A program made the position numbers and the translations under genes. A stretch of 64,000 nucleotides of DNA, from positions 496,001 through 560,000 of the forward strand of contig RSEE01000023.1 of assembly GCA_003971905.1 (NCBI GenBank). The letters are read 5' to 3'. Each line of letters begins with the position of its first letter. The first letter of the stretch is position 1. Positions 51,139-62,631 of the stretch are shown here, in pieces. Source of the DNA: Moniliella sp. 'wahieum'. Its lineage: Eukaryota. The notes below the pieces were generated by a model. It was given only the letters and a program-made list of their open reading frames with translations, was not told the origin of the DNA and made no database searches.

Positions 51139-54100
51139 ATGCCACTCCGCCTGCCCATACCCGGGTCGCCCTCCGCCCCTGCCGATTCGCGGCCGCGCAG
51201 GCCTTCGCTCTCTCTTTCTGGTCTCGTCCGCCGCCATCGCTCCAGCTCGGGTGCAGGCCAAGCGGCAGAAGGTGCGGCCGCTTTCGTCCCGCCTCCTGTC
51301 CCACCTCTTCCCGAGCTGGATAGGGACGCTCCGCCCCCATTGCCACCGAAAGAAACCGAGCACCCAGCCCACTATTCCCTTGCTCCAGAAGCCACCGCTG
51401 ATATGGCTTCTGCCCTTTTGGAAGAGGTCGAAGTAGACGACCCTGGCACAAGCGGAGCCCACCTCCTATCTACCCCCACTTTCGCCCACCTTCTTTTGAT
51501 CCCGATACCTATCCTCCACTTCCGCCCACTGGCATAGCCTCCTCTCCCACCCTGCCCTATCTCGCCTCCTTCACACCCGGCCAAACTATCAGCGAGCTCC
51601 TTGGGCCCAGGATGCATCTGCTGCACCATCAAGTGCGCAACCCCCGGTTGCCCAGGAACGTTGCCTTACTCTCCGACTTTGCCTGGGGGGTTTCCCTGGT
51701 CCCAATCTCCTCAACCCTCGTCTCCGGCTATCCCTGCCCCTTCCCCACGCATTCCCCAAGTTCCCCCTGCGCCCGTTATTTCCAAGTCGCCCTCACCCTC
51801 GCCGCGTCCCCTCATCCAAACATATGTACGCCCGCCGGTTTCGGCGACGTCCGAGAAAGAGGAGGTAACAAACGCCAGCTCTAAGCCTCCAATCATCCTT
51901 TTGAACCAAGAGGAAGCTCTAGCCCGCCAGATGGCTGACCGCAATGCCCGGCCTGAAGCCCAGCACACTGGTCATTCCGAAAGCACTGATACCTTCTCAT
52001 CGGCGACAGGGAGTACATCCGCCAGCATGCACACTACGGAGAGTGTATACACCCTGACCACGAACGTCTCGACTCGAGGAGAAATGGAGCCGCGTAACAC
52101 GCCTTATGTGTGCGCTCTGTGCCTATCTCCTCCCGAGAGCGACTCTGTGTTGCCGGTCAAGCTCGTCTGCCCATCTTGCCCACGATGAATGCGTGGTTGC
52201 TCTTCTCTCGTCTCCTGTGTCTTCCGACGCACCAGTTTGCAAGTTGTGCCCTCCACATCCTTCCCATGTGGATACTGGTAGTGCTCCCCAACAGCGCCGC
52301 CCCTCGGCTCCCAAGATTCTGGAGCCAGTTACAGCCAACCCTGTAGTGGATGCTCCCAACTCGGCCCTAAACTCGTCCGCGGTTGTTGGGGCCAATCCGG
52401 AACGGGATTATTATCCCAATGGGCATCCACCTGCACACCAGGCGGCAATGCACAATACCCCAGATCCGGCTGCACCACTGAGCTCAGTCCGGGATCCCCA
52501 CAGTCATTATCCTCACATTCCCATGGTTCTTCCCGGGCCGGTTTCTCCTAGGCCATCTGGGCCTTGCGCGGCACAAAAAATCGCATGGTGCGGAGCATGG
52601 AATGCCGCCCCCTGAGCCTGCATTTCAAGTGCACACGACGGGCGCAGCAGATGTTCTGATGGCTCAGCTCAATCGGCAGCTCCACCCTAAGCTACACCCA
52701 CCCCCCGAGCCCCTACTGTGGCCGCATCCAAGGTCGAACCAAGCTTGGGCCTGAGCATGAGCCTGAACCGGCGCCGGAGTTGGAGGCTGGGTCTGAACCT
52801 GAAACGGAAGCCTCAACCCGAGTCCGAGTCTGAGTATCACCCTCAGTCTACGTTTAAGCGCAAACCTGATCTCCAGCCATCCTCCGAGTCAAAGAGGAAT
52901 CCATGGCGGTATCCACAGCAAAATCAAGTCCTTGTTCAAAACAAAGCCCAAGCATCCATCTCAACCCGAGCCTAACGTCAGCTCTCGTCCTTCTCGACCG
53001 CCAATGCCTGGAGGAGAGTCGGGCGAAGACCGAACGGGGGGAGCCCGGCCTCGGGCTGGAGAAAGTCCCTGGCCTTCTGAACGTCCTTTTACGCCCGAAC
53101 TCGAAGTGGCGCCGGTGAGCAAACGTACAACACCAGTTGGTCCTGATCCCGTATTTCCTACGCGACAGAGTATGGACGAGAGCAGAGTTCGTCACCCTGA
53201 TAGGAGTATTTCGCCCGCCCAGCCACGGCTTCGATCGCGAGCAGCAAGCATGGACAAGCCGCGATCGCCCAGATTTGACCCAGGACTGCAACGACCCCAA
53301 GGTTCTGGCAGGGTCACAAGTATCCATTTTTGGCGTATCGCAAGCCAGGGCCGTATTGAGCAAGCTCGTGGACGCTGAAGGTTCACGACTAGAGTCGGTC
53401 GCTCGCTGGAGTCTACTTATGGCCTTCCCGAGCTGGCGGACCATGTGGAGGTCACGCAAGGCAACCAAACACGCGTTTTATGTGGTCGTGTTTGCTCAGG
53501 CCTTGGGACTATACGCTGAAAGTGCAGACGATGAAGGCCTAAGCGACGCTAGCCTGTCACTCAAAGGTCGCATTTTCTTCCACCATTACCCCAAGATCAC
53601 GCTCACGCCACCCCCACCGGTCCTATGGCGCGGGACTCTCGCCTACGCTCGGTTCACATCCGCCTGGATCAGTCGCAATGTACGCTAACGTTTCCCTCCT
53701 CGTCCCAGGCCAACAAGTGGTTCTGTCGCTTGAATTACTTGTCGGCCCGAGCCAATGTCTACCAGCGCGAAAGAGACCCCTCCCCTTCGGCCCCTCCGTC
53801 CATTTATATCCGACCGCGCAGCCAGTCGACTGGGGCAAGGCGTCCGTCGCGGGCAGCGCAACCGCCCGTGCCGCCACTGCCGCCGTATTCATGTGCGCGA
53901 CCCATCTGGCCGCATCACCACCCTTCACCTCCGCTGCCCTCATCTCCCTGGGCGTGGTCCGTCCTCCCCTTCTGTCCCTCGTTCGCCCTTGGCGTCCTCT
54001 CCTTCTTCCCCAGTACCCCCATCAAGGGCCAATGGACCTGGTGATACTGGTGTCGGCGGCGGAGCGGGATCGGGAAGCCGGGCAAGCCATGCTGATCGAG

Positions 54101-54300
54101 ATTTTGGAGCGCCTCGGCGACCGAGACGGGTGGCTCTGGTCACCTTCCACCTTGGCTCGGACAAGGGCAATGCGGTGCGGCGTACTCCTTGCTGTGCCCT
54201 GGCAAAGCAGCGAGCCGAAATCGATTGCGAGCCTTTGTTGAATTGCTTCAACGACCCGAGACGGCCGCGGACCCCAAGAGCGCCGTCATGGCCGCTCACG
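51139..54300 (+). CDS. Large Pro/Ser-rich protein with Cys-rich putative zinc-binding (possibly LIM-like) motifs
   Basis: Frameshifted ORF chain from MPLRLPIP; CICCTIKCATPGC, CALC..CPSC, CKLC motifs; family and 3' end uncertain. Confidence 0.45.
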
Positions 54301-55229
54301 AGCTCTTGCTCGGCCGCTTCCCAGCTGCCTTCCCCGCGGCCGTCCCGCGGTCCTGAGCCTGGTGCCCCCCACCAACCAACTTGACCGCTACATTGCTCGC
54401 ATCGCCCCCTTCCCAGCGCGTCCATTCCCGTGGGGAGCTAGCATGACCCGTCTGGACGTGCCCACGTGATGCCCGGCCCGCGGTTTGACCTCTGGTTGTG
54501 TTGCAAGTCTTGCGCGGTCCCCAGTACCCCGCTTGTGCTCTTCTGTTGTTTTCTGTTCCACTGCATATACCACTCCTTTTTGACTCCACCTTGCTGCCTG
54601 TCTTGTCTTAGATCTTATCAACGAACGTTGATGAACGCAAATGCATCTTGTGGAATGGGACGTCCGCTGCAGATGGCGGCGCGTGCCGAGTGCTGCTGGT
54701 GACAATGGACCTCCAGATGAGAGGAGGAAAGATATGCAGAGGGGCAAAGTAGAGCAGGTGTGCGCCCACGGCTTGGCTCATGCCAGTACCAGTCCGTGCC
54801 CGTCGTTTGCCCAAGACATCCATCAGGCCACCGAACAGACACGTGACTGGGCAGGACTAGGTTTGGTCGGCAATATACTACGGGCAATACGTCAGCGCTG
54901 AGGCTGGGCGCGGCTTTGGCGGAGCGGGCGTTGCGGACCATGGGTGACACATGGCGCGTGCCGCCCATGTCACATGGCCTGTGCATGGGGCAGACCCCAC
55001 CTGGCACGGCGCCCGTGGGGCGGCGGCGTCGGCGTGGCTCTGAGAGTGAATCTGGGCAGCGAACAGCCACGCTCGATGACGTTCGGCAAGGCAGAGCCGA
55101 AGCGCTTAGGCTAAGCGCTCATTAAGCGCCGGGGCAGTGCAGGGCGATGCCGCCGCCTCTTGAAGCGCAAGCGCGTAAAAGCGCCCATCCCGTCTTCCTT
55201 CTTCGCATCCATCTTTCCTCCCCCAGTGC

Positions 55230-56635
55230 ATGCTCTTGAGGACGGTCCCTCGTCTCGCTTCTCGTTCTGCCTTCTTCCCAGTGGTGCGTCCCCCGGCCTG
55301 TTCGACCACTCCCGTCGTCACTTCGACGCCCCCAGCTAACCTCTTGCCTCTCCCCGCCAGATTGCCTCCTCTCCTACCTTCCTGCCTGCCCGCCGCTTGC
55401 AAACTTCCGCTCTGACCATGTCCTTCCACCAAGAGTCCCACAAGCTCCTTGTCATCCCCGGCCCTATTGAGGTAGCTGATGAGGTCCTCTACGCCAATGC
55501 ACACCCGTCGATGAGCCACACCTCACCCGAGTTTGTGCCCATCTTTGGCGACTGTCTCCGCATGTTCCGCCAGATCCTTTACGCGCCTTCGGCCCAACCC
55601 ATCATTACCTCTGGCTCGGGCACGCTGGGATGGGACCATGTGGCATCCAACCTGGTTGAGCCGGGGAAAGTGCGCTGGTGCTCAATTCGGGTACTTTGGC
55701 GACAGCTTTGCCGAGTGCCTCGAGACGTATGGCGCCAAGGTGGACCAGATTGGCGCGCCGGTCGGTTCCAAGCCAACCCTGGCCCAGATCGAGGAGGCAC
55801 TGAAGCAAAAGAAGTACAAGCTGATTACCGCCACTCACGTTGACACGTCGACGGGTGTGTTGAGCGACGCCAAGGGGATCGCCGAAGTGGTCAAGCGTGT
55901 CTCCCCCGACACCATCTTTGCTCTGGACAGCGTGTGCAGCGTGGGTAGCGAGGAGATTCGTCAAGACGAGTGGGGCGTGGATGTGGTGCTGACGGCGTCG
56001 CAAAAGGGCATTGGATGCCCGCCGGGCCTGATGCTCCTCTCGGCTTCGCCCAAGGCGATCAAGGCCTTTGAAACCCGCAAGGCGCCGCCAACGTCCTACT
56101 TTGCCTCTTGGAAGAAGTGGTTGCCGATCATGAAGGCATACGAGGCTGGCAGTGCTGCCTACTTTGCCACTCCTCCGACCAACTTGATCTACGCTTTGCA
56201 CCAGAGCTTTGAGACGATCACCAAGGGAGTGCCGTCGCTGGAGGAGCGCTTCAAGCTGCACAAGGAGACCTCGGCCAAGGTCAAGAACTTTGTCAAGAAT
56301 GAGCTCAAGCTCGACCAGCTCGTTGCCGATGGGATTAAGGATGGTGCCAACGGAATGACGGCCGTCAAGTACCCGAGGGCTATGGCGCGGGCGATGTGGT
56401 GCCCCGCATGGCTGCGCGCAATGTGGTCGTTGCCGCTGGGCTGCACAAGGAGTGCAAGGACAAGTACTTCCGCATCGGCCACATGGGTCTCTCAGCCACG
56501 ACCCGCAGTAGCGACATTGACCATGTCCTCCAGAGCCTCAAGGAGTCGCTCGCCGAGGCGGGCTACAAGCCGGAGGATGTGGGTGTTGATGGAGGCTTAT
56601 TTCTCCTAGACCCAGCCGCTCCCCATGTGAAGTGA
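55230..56635 (+). CDS. AGX1: Alanine-glyoxylate aminotransferase (class V PLP enzyme) with upstream presequence exon; second ATG at 55418
   Basis: LLVIPGPIEV, SGSGTLGWD, THVDTSTGVL, VDVVLTASQKGIGCPPG (PLP Lys), YFATPP, YFRIGHMG. Confidence 0.93.
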
Positions 56636-57495
56636 CTAGTGACGATTGATTTTTGGCTCGGCAGCTTGCATGTCTGCTTGGATCCCCTTAAACTTGTTCT
56701 CAGTGCTATCGACTGCAGGACAAGTGCGTATGGAATGAACCCGTTGTAATGCATCATGTCAAGAACATGCCTTGGAGTAAAATGTACCGTACACCACCAT
56801 CGCAAGGGAGGGGGATATTGCATCCAAAACGCCTCAGGAGGTTTGATTCAGGCATTGTGTTGATGAGAGTGGTTTCCCTTGGAAAACACAGTGCATGACG
56901 TGGCCCAGCCACCCCGGGGCCTGGCGGGGATGAGTCGGTGTGGGCTTCGATCTACGGCGTAGACGTCGTAAACGTAAATGAATCAATGATCAAAGAAATG
57001 ATCGATGATCCGATGGTCATCGGTCGTATTCATACAGCAACGAAGGGCAAGGAGGAGCCCATGGCAACCCTATTCATTTGCGCTGCGGCGTCCGGCGGCA
57101 TTGGGCGGCAGTCGTGCTTTGAATATGCACCCATGCGTACAGTGGCCATGTGCCTCTCCTGCCCCCAGAAGGGCAGCCTGGCGCGGGACCTGTCCCTGCG
57201 TTCATCAATGCGGCGAGGGTCGACCACCATCCAGGCCGTGGCCTAGCGAGCGACAGTACCACCAGCTCAAGCCAGGTCTCCAGTCAAGTGCGTATGCGTC
57301 CCTTCCTGTTTGGCGAGGCCGTGCGAGGGGTGTAATCGGGTTGGTTGATGCGCGATGCTTTCCGCTGCACAAACCAAGGCTCCGTCTCTCTCCCCCTCTG
57401 CCGCCCATGCTCTTCCCGAGACTGTCCCGCCGTCTCACGTCCGAACCGGGGTGACTCCCAGGACTGCCTGCTAACCTTTGGATGGTGTTTTCAGG

Positions 57496-58116
57496 ATGGG
57501 TTTCCGCCACAACAACATCCTTCACAACAACCACTTCCGCAAGGACTGGCAGCGCCGGGTCAATGTGTGGTTTGACCAGCCCGGTGCCAAGAAGCGCAGG
57601 CGCAATGCGCGCGCTGAGAAGGTGGCGCGCTCGGGTCTCAAGCCCGTTGACTCGCTCCGCCCTGTGGTGCGCTGCCCTACGCTCAAGTACAACCGCAAGC
57701 TGTGTGCTGGCCGTGGGTTCACCCTTGAGGAGCTCAAGGCTGCTGGCATTCCCCAAAAGCTTGCTCGCGTGATTGGTATCGCGGTGGACCACCGCCGCAA
57801 GAACCGCTCGGAAGAGGGTCTGCGCCTCAACATTGAGCGCGTCAAGGCGTACCGTGAGCGTGTGGTTGTCATCCCGGCCAAGGGCAAGGGTGCCAAGCTC
57901 GCTGAGCTGGCCTCGGCTCCCAAGGTTGAGAATGTTGCGGCTGCGTTCCCCATCCCTGCTGGCACGGTCGCCGAGAAGCCTCGCGCAATTACCCAGGAGG
58001 AGAAGGACTTCGAAGCCTTCAAGACTCTTCGCCACGCCCGCAACACCCACCGCCAGGCTGGTTTCCGCGCTGCTCACCAGGCCAAGAAGGAGGCCGAGGA
58101 GAAGGCCAAGAAGTAA
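57496..58116 (+). CDS. RPL13: 60S ribosomal protein eL13; probable 5'-UTR intron 57288-57494
   Basis: HFRKDWQRRVNVWFDQPG, LRPVVRCPTLKYN, GRGFTLEELKAAGI, IGIAVDHRRKNRS. Confidence 0.97.
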   Translation: MGFRHNNILHNNHFRKDWQRRVNVWFDQPGAKKRRRNARAEKVARSGLKPVDSLRPVVRCPTLKYNRKLCAGRGFTLEELKAAGIPQKLARVIGIAVDHRRKNRSEEGLRLNIERVKAYRERVVVIPAKGKGAKLAELASAPKVENVAAAFPIPAGTVAEKPRAITQEEKDFEAFKTLRHARNTHRQAGFRAAHQAKKEAEEKAKK

Positions 58117-59392
58117 GCCGCGTAGTTGGCTGGGCCCTTGTCTCTTGCTTTCCTCTCTATGCCATACTCGGGTGCTTTGCGCCTACCATGTACCGTCAAA
58201 AAGTGTGCACTGCCATCTCTGTGCACAAAGGAACGATTTGCAGCAAGTGTGCCATCCCGCTCATTGTGAGCCCTTGTGTAGGTTATTCTACTGTATTTAG
58301 ACCTTTCTGTCGCTTCGTCTTCGTCGAGGCAGGGACCCTGAATCGCATGCGTAGCACTGGCTGAGCTTGTGCGACGGAGAGTGAGTGTGGGCAACCGCCT
58401 GTATGGGCATAAGCGGGGGATAGGGAATATCGCAGTAACTGCTTGCCCACCTTCCTGAGCATGCTCAGGACCCCCCAAGCTGCTCAGGCTGAGCAGGCTC
58501 GAACGAGATGTTGGAGGATGGCAAAGATGAATCATTTTGCCTGCCGCCGGGACTAGTAGTCGGAAGGTCGACGTGCGGGGGGAATGGTGGCCGCTGGCTC
58601 GTGGGCGGCTGGTGCTTTTCTCTTGTATTCGATTCTCTACCAGACCTCTCTGATACCGACCATGCAGTTCGCCAAGCCCTCCTTCAGCAGCCGCGCCCCC
58701 GCGCCCAAGTACGTCAAATGGGTACTTCCCTTGGTCGCGGACCTACTGCCAGGTGCTGCAAGCCACTGACCATTGGTCCTTACTTTTACCCCTTTGTTAT
58801 TGCTCCTTGCGTGTTCCGGTCCTTAGCTTGATTAGTGGGGCAGCATCTCTGGCTACGGCCAGGTGGGTCAGGCCCAGCACGGTATCATCCGCCCCACAAT
58901 ATGTCGATTTCCCCTCCCCCAAGCAACGAGACTGCTCCTGGATAGTATATCCATGTATTACCCATCCTATCAAGCGGGCCATGATGCATGTGAGAGAGAG
59001 TGTAGCCGCCTTCGTATAGGAGATGGCATGCTGGGTACGACATCTTCCCCACTTTACACGCGACTAGCACATGACTGGCTTTCCATGAGGATTGTCAATG
59101 TGAACGCACACGAGTCTATCCGACGAGTGCAGAAGCGCCAGACGCGAGTTGGTATACCGAGCGGGCGGTGAAGGTATAGTCCCCACAGGTACCAACGGTG
59201 TTCTTCCCAGGCGCTGGCATATTCAATCCAATCTGTCTGACTCTGTCCTTATTCAACCACAAGCTCAAAACACAACACACACTGCCCCTGTGCTGCCTCT
59301 TAACAATTCCGCGCGGCCATCCCAGCGGCGACGCGCCACCACCACCGCCACCATACTCCGCTGGCAACCATCCACCATCGCCTGCGCCGCCC

Positions 59393-61051
59393 ATGTCCGA
59401 CGACGGTGAGCCTAGCGACCTGGAAGAGTGCGTTTCCTACTGGAGGGAACAGGCCAAGGATGCCCGCGCCTCTCTCGCTGATGCTCAAGACGCTCTTGCC
59501 GAGCTAGAGGAGATGAGTCGGGGCCTCGAGGCCGAACTGGAGACCGAGCTCGCTGCCGCCCAGCGCGCGCGCGACGTTGCCACCCGCGCGGCGGAGACGG
59601 CCAAGGCAGAAGCCACATCATGGAAAGAACGGTACACTGCCGCGGCATCTGAGGGTTCTGCCGAGCTTGCAGCGGTCCGGAGGGAGTTGACTCGCACTGC
59701 CGACGAGTATGCGGCCCATCGTGATCGGTTGCGTGATATGGAGGTCAATAATGATGAGCTCGAGGCCGCAGAGAGAGCAATTGCTGCATCTCTGTCAGAC
59801 ATGGAGGCCAAGTACAACCGCTCGCTCGAGCAAACGGTTCTTCTGCAGGAAGAGATTGCGGCCAAGGATGCCCTGCTGGAGGAAAATCAACGTCTGAAGG
59901 ACTACATTTCCGGTGCGTCTTGGCTTCTGAGTACTCACTCGTGCTCGTCAGGCTGATCTTCTTTCCTGTATGGGTCTCACTACAGAACTTACCGAGGAAC
60001 TTGCTGTGCGCCGGGTGCGTCCAGCTACGCCCGACCCCACTCCGGCCGAGACGGCACCAGTTGCATCACCCCTTGCTGGTGAGGGCTCGAGTCCGCGGCC
60101 CCCAGACAGCTGGCCGTGCCGTGCTAAGGCAGTACACCTCAACCTCAACCTCAACTAGGGCTTCTTCCAACGCTTCTCCTCCTGAATCCCCCATGCCGCC
60201 ATCGACAGGCGCGCGTAGCTCCACCCCTCTTACGACGCCCACGCGTGCGACGCCCCAGGGAGGGCGGATAACTCCTTTGACCCCTTCCACATCCGCGCTG
60301 CCCCGACCCTCTCGGACTGTGCACACGTCTGCTCTTCCGAGAGGACCATCAAAGCGTACAACCGTACGAACGTCTTCTGCACGAATGACAGGGGGGCCGT
60401 CCGAGTTGACGGCTCGGATCAATGCGTTGAAGTTGCATCTCAACCGAGCTCAGCGGCCCATGCTCGACCGAAGCGGCAGAGTGAGTGGGATCCCACGTTC
60501 TGTCAGTCGCACGGGTGCCACGGGACCCATATCTCCCTCTTCCTTTAGCTTTGTTACGGGAGGTACTTCCCCCATCCCTCCACCCTCCGGGATTCCCAAA
60601 CCTAGGGCTTCGGTCGACCGAACGGGCTTGCCTCGCCTCGCCTCTCACCTTGCACCGCTCCGCCTCCACTGTCTTGGCGCCCCCACACACGTCGCGGCCA
60701 CACACTCGTCCTGCTTCCCAACTTTCGTTCGATGCCAGTTCCGACGCTGGGACTGGCCAAAGCAGCCCGTCAATGCCCAGCTCGCGCTCTTTGTATTCCA
60801 CGCGGCAACGGTCCCCCTCGGGCCAACCCGGCCCACCTCGATCTTTCTCCCCGCCCGGTCGGCCTCTCTCACCCTCCAAGTCCGCCCTGCCTCGCCTCAC
60901 ATCTTCCTCCACCCACACCCGCCGCCACAGCCAAGCACTTGCCAACCTCGGCTCCAACAGCTTGGGCCTCTCTTCCCCCTCACCAGCAGACAGACTTGCC
61001 GCCCGTGTGGCCATTGAGCGGGGACGCAGCCCCAACACGCGGCCGTCGTGA
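59393..61051 (+). CDS. NudE/Ndl1-like dynein regulator (coiled coil plus Ser/Pro-rich tail; intron ~59913-59985)
   Basis: ELEEMSRGLEAELETEL, LRDMEVNNDELEAAERAIAASLSDMEAKYNRSLEQTVLLQEE, ENQRLKD. Confidence 0.85.
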
Positions 61052-61455
61052 GCATTGTATGAACGTTAGACCATTCAGAGGGGACAGGCCCCGGGTAGTT
61101 GATCCGTTCTAAATCTATGGTTACGGCCGTCACCAGAGGTCGGCATGGGATTGGGAAAAAGGAAGTGCAGAGATTATGCAAGGCACCGTCCCCACTCTGG
61201 AGGCGGGTACCTGAAAACCAACGACGCAATGCCAGTTGCAAATCAGAGCTATCAGGGAGAGGGGCAAGAACCAGCTTGCTTCATCCGTCGCACGGGGTTA
61301 GATCTTGAAAAACACAGTGGGGCATGTTCTCCGTAAAAGGAGACTAAGCGCAAAAAGAAAAGAGGTCGGGGGAAAGGAAAGGAAAGGCGAGACAGAGGAG
61401 GTGTGATGGAAGGCAAAGCAGAGGAAGCGCGTCGTACGCAGAGGGAATGCGTCGC

Positions 61456-62631
61456 TTAGGCGCTGTACCCCCATTTGACCTGGGAGGAGCTGGAAGTGAC
61501 AATGTCATGGTACGCGGTACCGACAGCAAGGAAGTTTTCGGTCGTGTCGGGGATCCACTCGACGACCTGCGCCTTGGTGGTCTTGTCATCCGCCACAATG
61601 GTGATCCACTTGCCACAGGCATCCTGCAGCTTGTCGTTGGGATACGCAGCCGAGGGACCGACAGCAACCGTGATGGTGTCCTTTGCGACCGTGATACCGG
61701 GCACCATTGCGGGTCAATTTCATCCACCATTGCAGTGTGGTCGCGTAGGTGGCTGAGCTCGCATCCGACGCCTTGGCCTTCGACGCGCTCGCCACGTGGG
61801 CAATCTTGGACTCGGCTGCCTTGATGGACGAAGAAGAAGACGAGGACTTGGAAGTAGGCGAGGACTTGGACGAAGACGAAGACTTGGAAGCGGACGAAAG
61901 AGTGGGGCCACATGGGGAAGGCGTACCATCATTGAACGACCACTCGACATTGAAGATGCCGAGCACGTGGTTGGCAAGCTTGCCGAACAGGCCGTACGTC
62001 AAGTCAATGTCGCAAGGGTTGAGGCAAGTCTGCGTCGAAGCTGCATCAATGCAAAACAACGCCAGTTAGACACGGTCAGTTCGACCATGGATGGGGGTAG
62101 TGAAGAGGCAACGTACGCGACTCGGGGCATTCGTCCATGATGCGAGCTTGCTGGGAACCCAGGATGCCCTTGATGGTAATGGTCTTGAAGCAGAGGTCCT
62201 GGCGGCTGATGCCTTGGTCGGCAAAGTACTTGTATCCAGGCGTGGACAGAGCGACACCCATCTGTGCAAAAAAATGGGTCACCAGTCAGCACCAACCCCA
62301 AAATGGCTCACTCCAGAGCCTTTGCTCTCAGCACAGATACGAACGGTGTTGTCATTCATGTCAGGGCCACCACACGAGCCTTGGGCAGATTCGCCCTCGG
62401 TCTCGGGGTGGTAGTAGAAGGTGGCCTGGCCTTGGATCCCACGGGCAGCAACCTTGGCAGCCAGCGTGGCATTGTTAGCAATGTAGTCGTGGCGACCAGG
62501 ACGAGGGGCCGGGCACGCGGGTGCTCAAAGTGGCCGCCAATGACACGGCGGTGAGGTGCGTGGTGGCCGGCGAGCGCACTGGTGGCACCAAGCAGGAGGA
62601 GGAGGAGGGAAGTAAGGACCGTGGGTGCCAT
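61456..62631 (-). CDS. Secreted RlpA/expansin-like protein with two DPBB-type domains and a Ser-rich linker
   Basis: Signal peptide MAPTVLTSLLLLLLGATSALA; GSCG..VALS..CFKTITI..ARIMDECPE|C..DIDLTYGLF..VEWSF; second module VAVG..ACGKWITI..KAQVVEW..VKWGY. Confidence 0.75.

Noticed and set aside
57288..57494. Intronic snoRNA in the RPL13 leader intron
   Set aside because: No convincing C/D or H/ACA box pair found by eye; an Infernal scan would be needed
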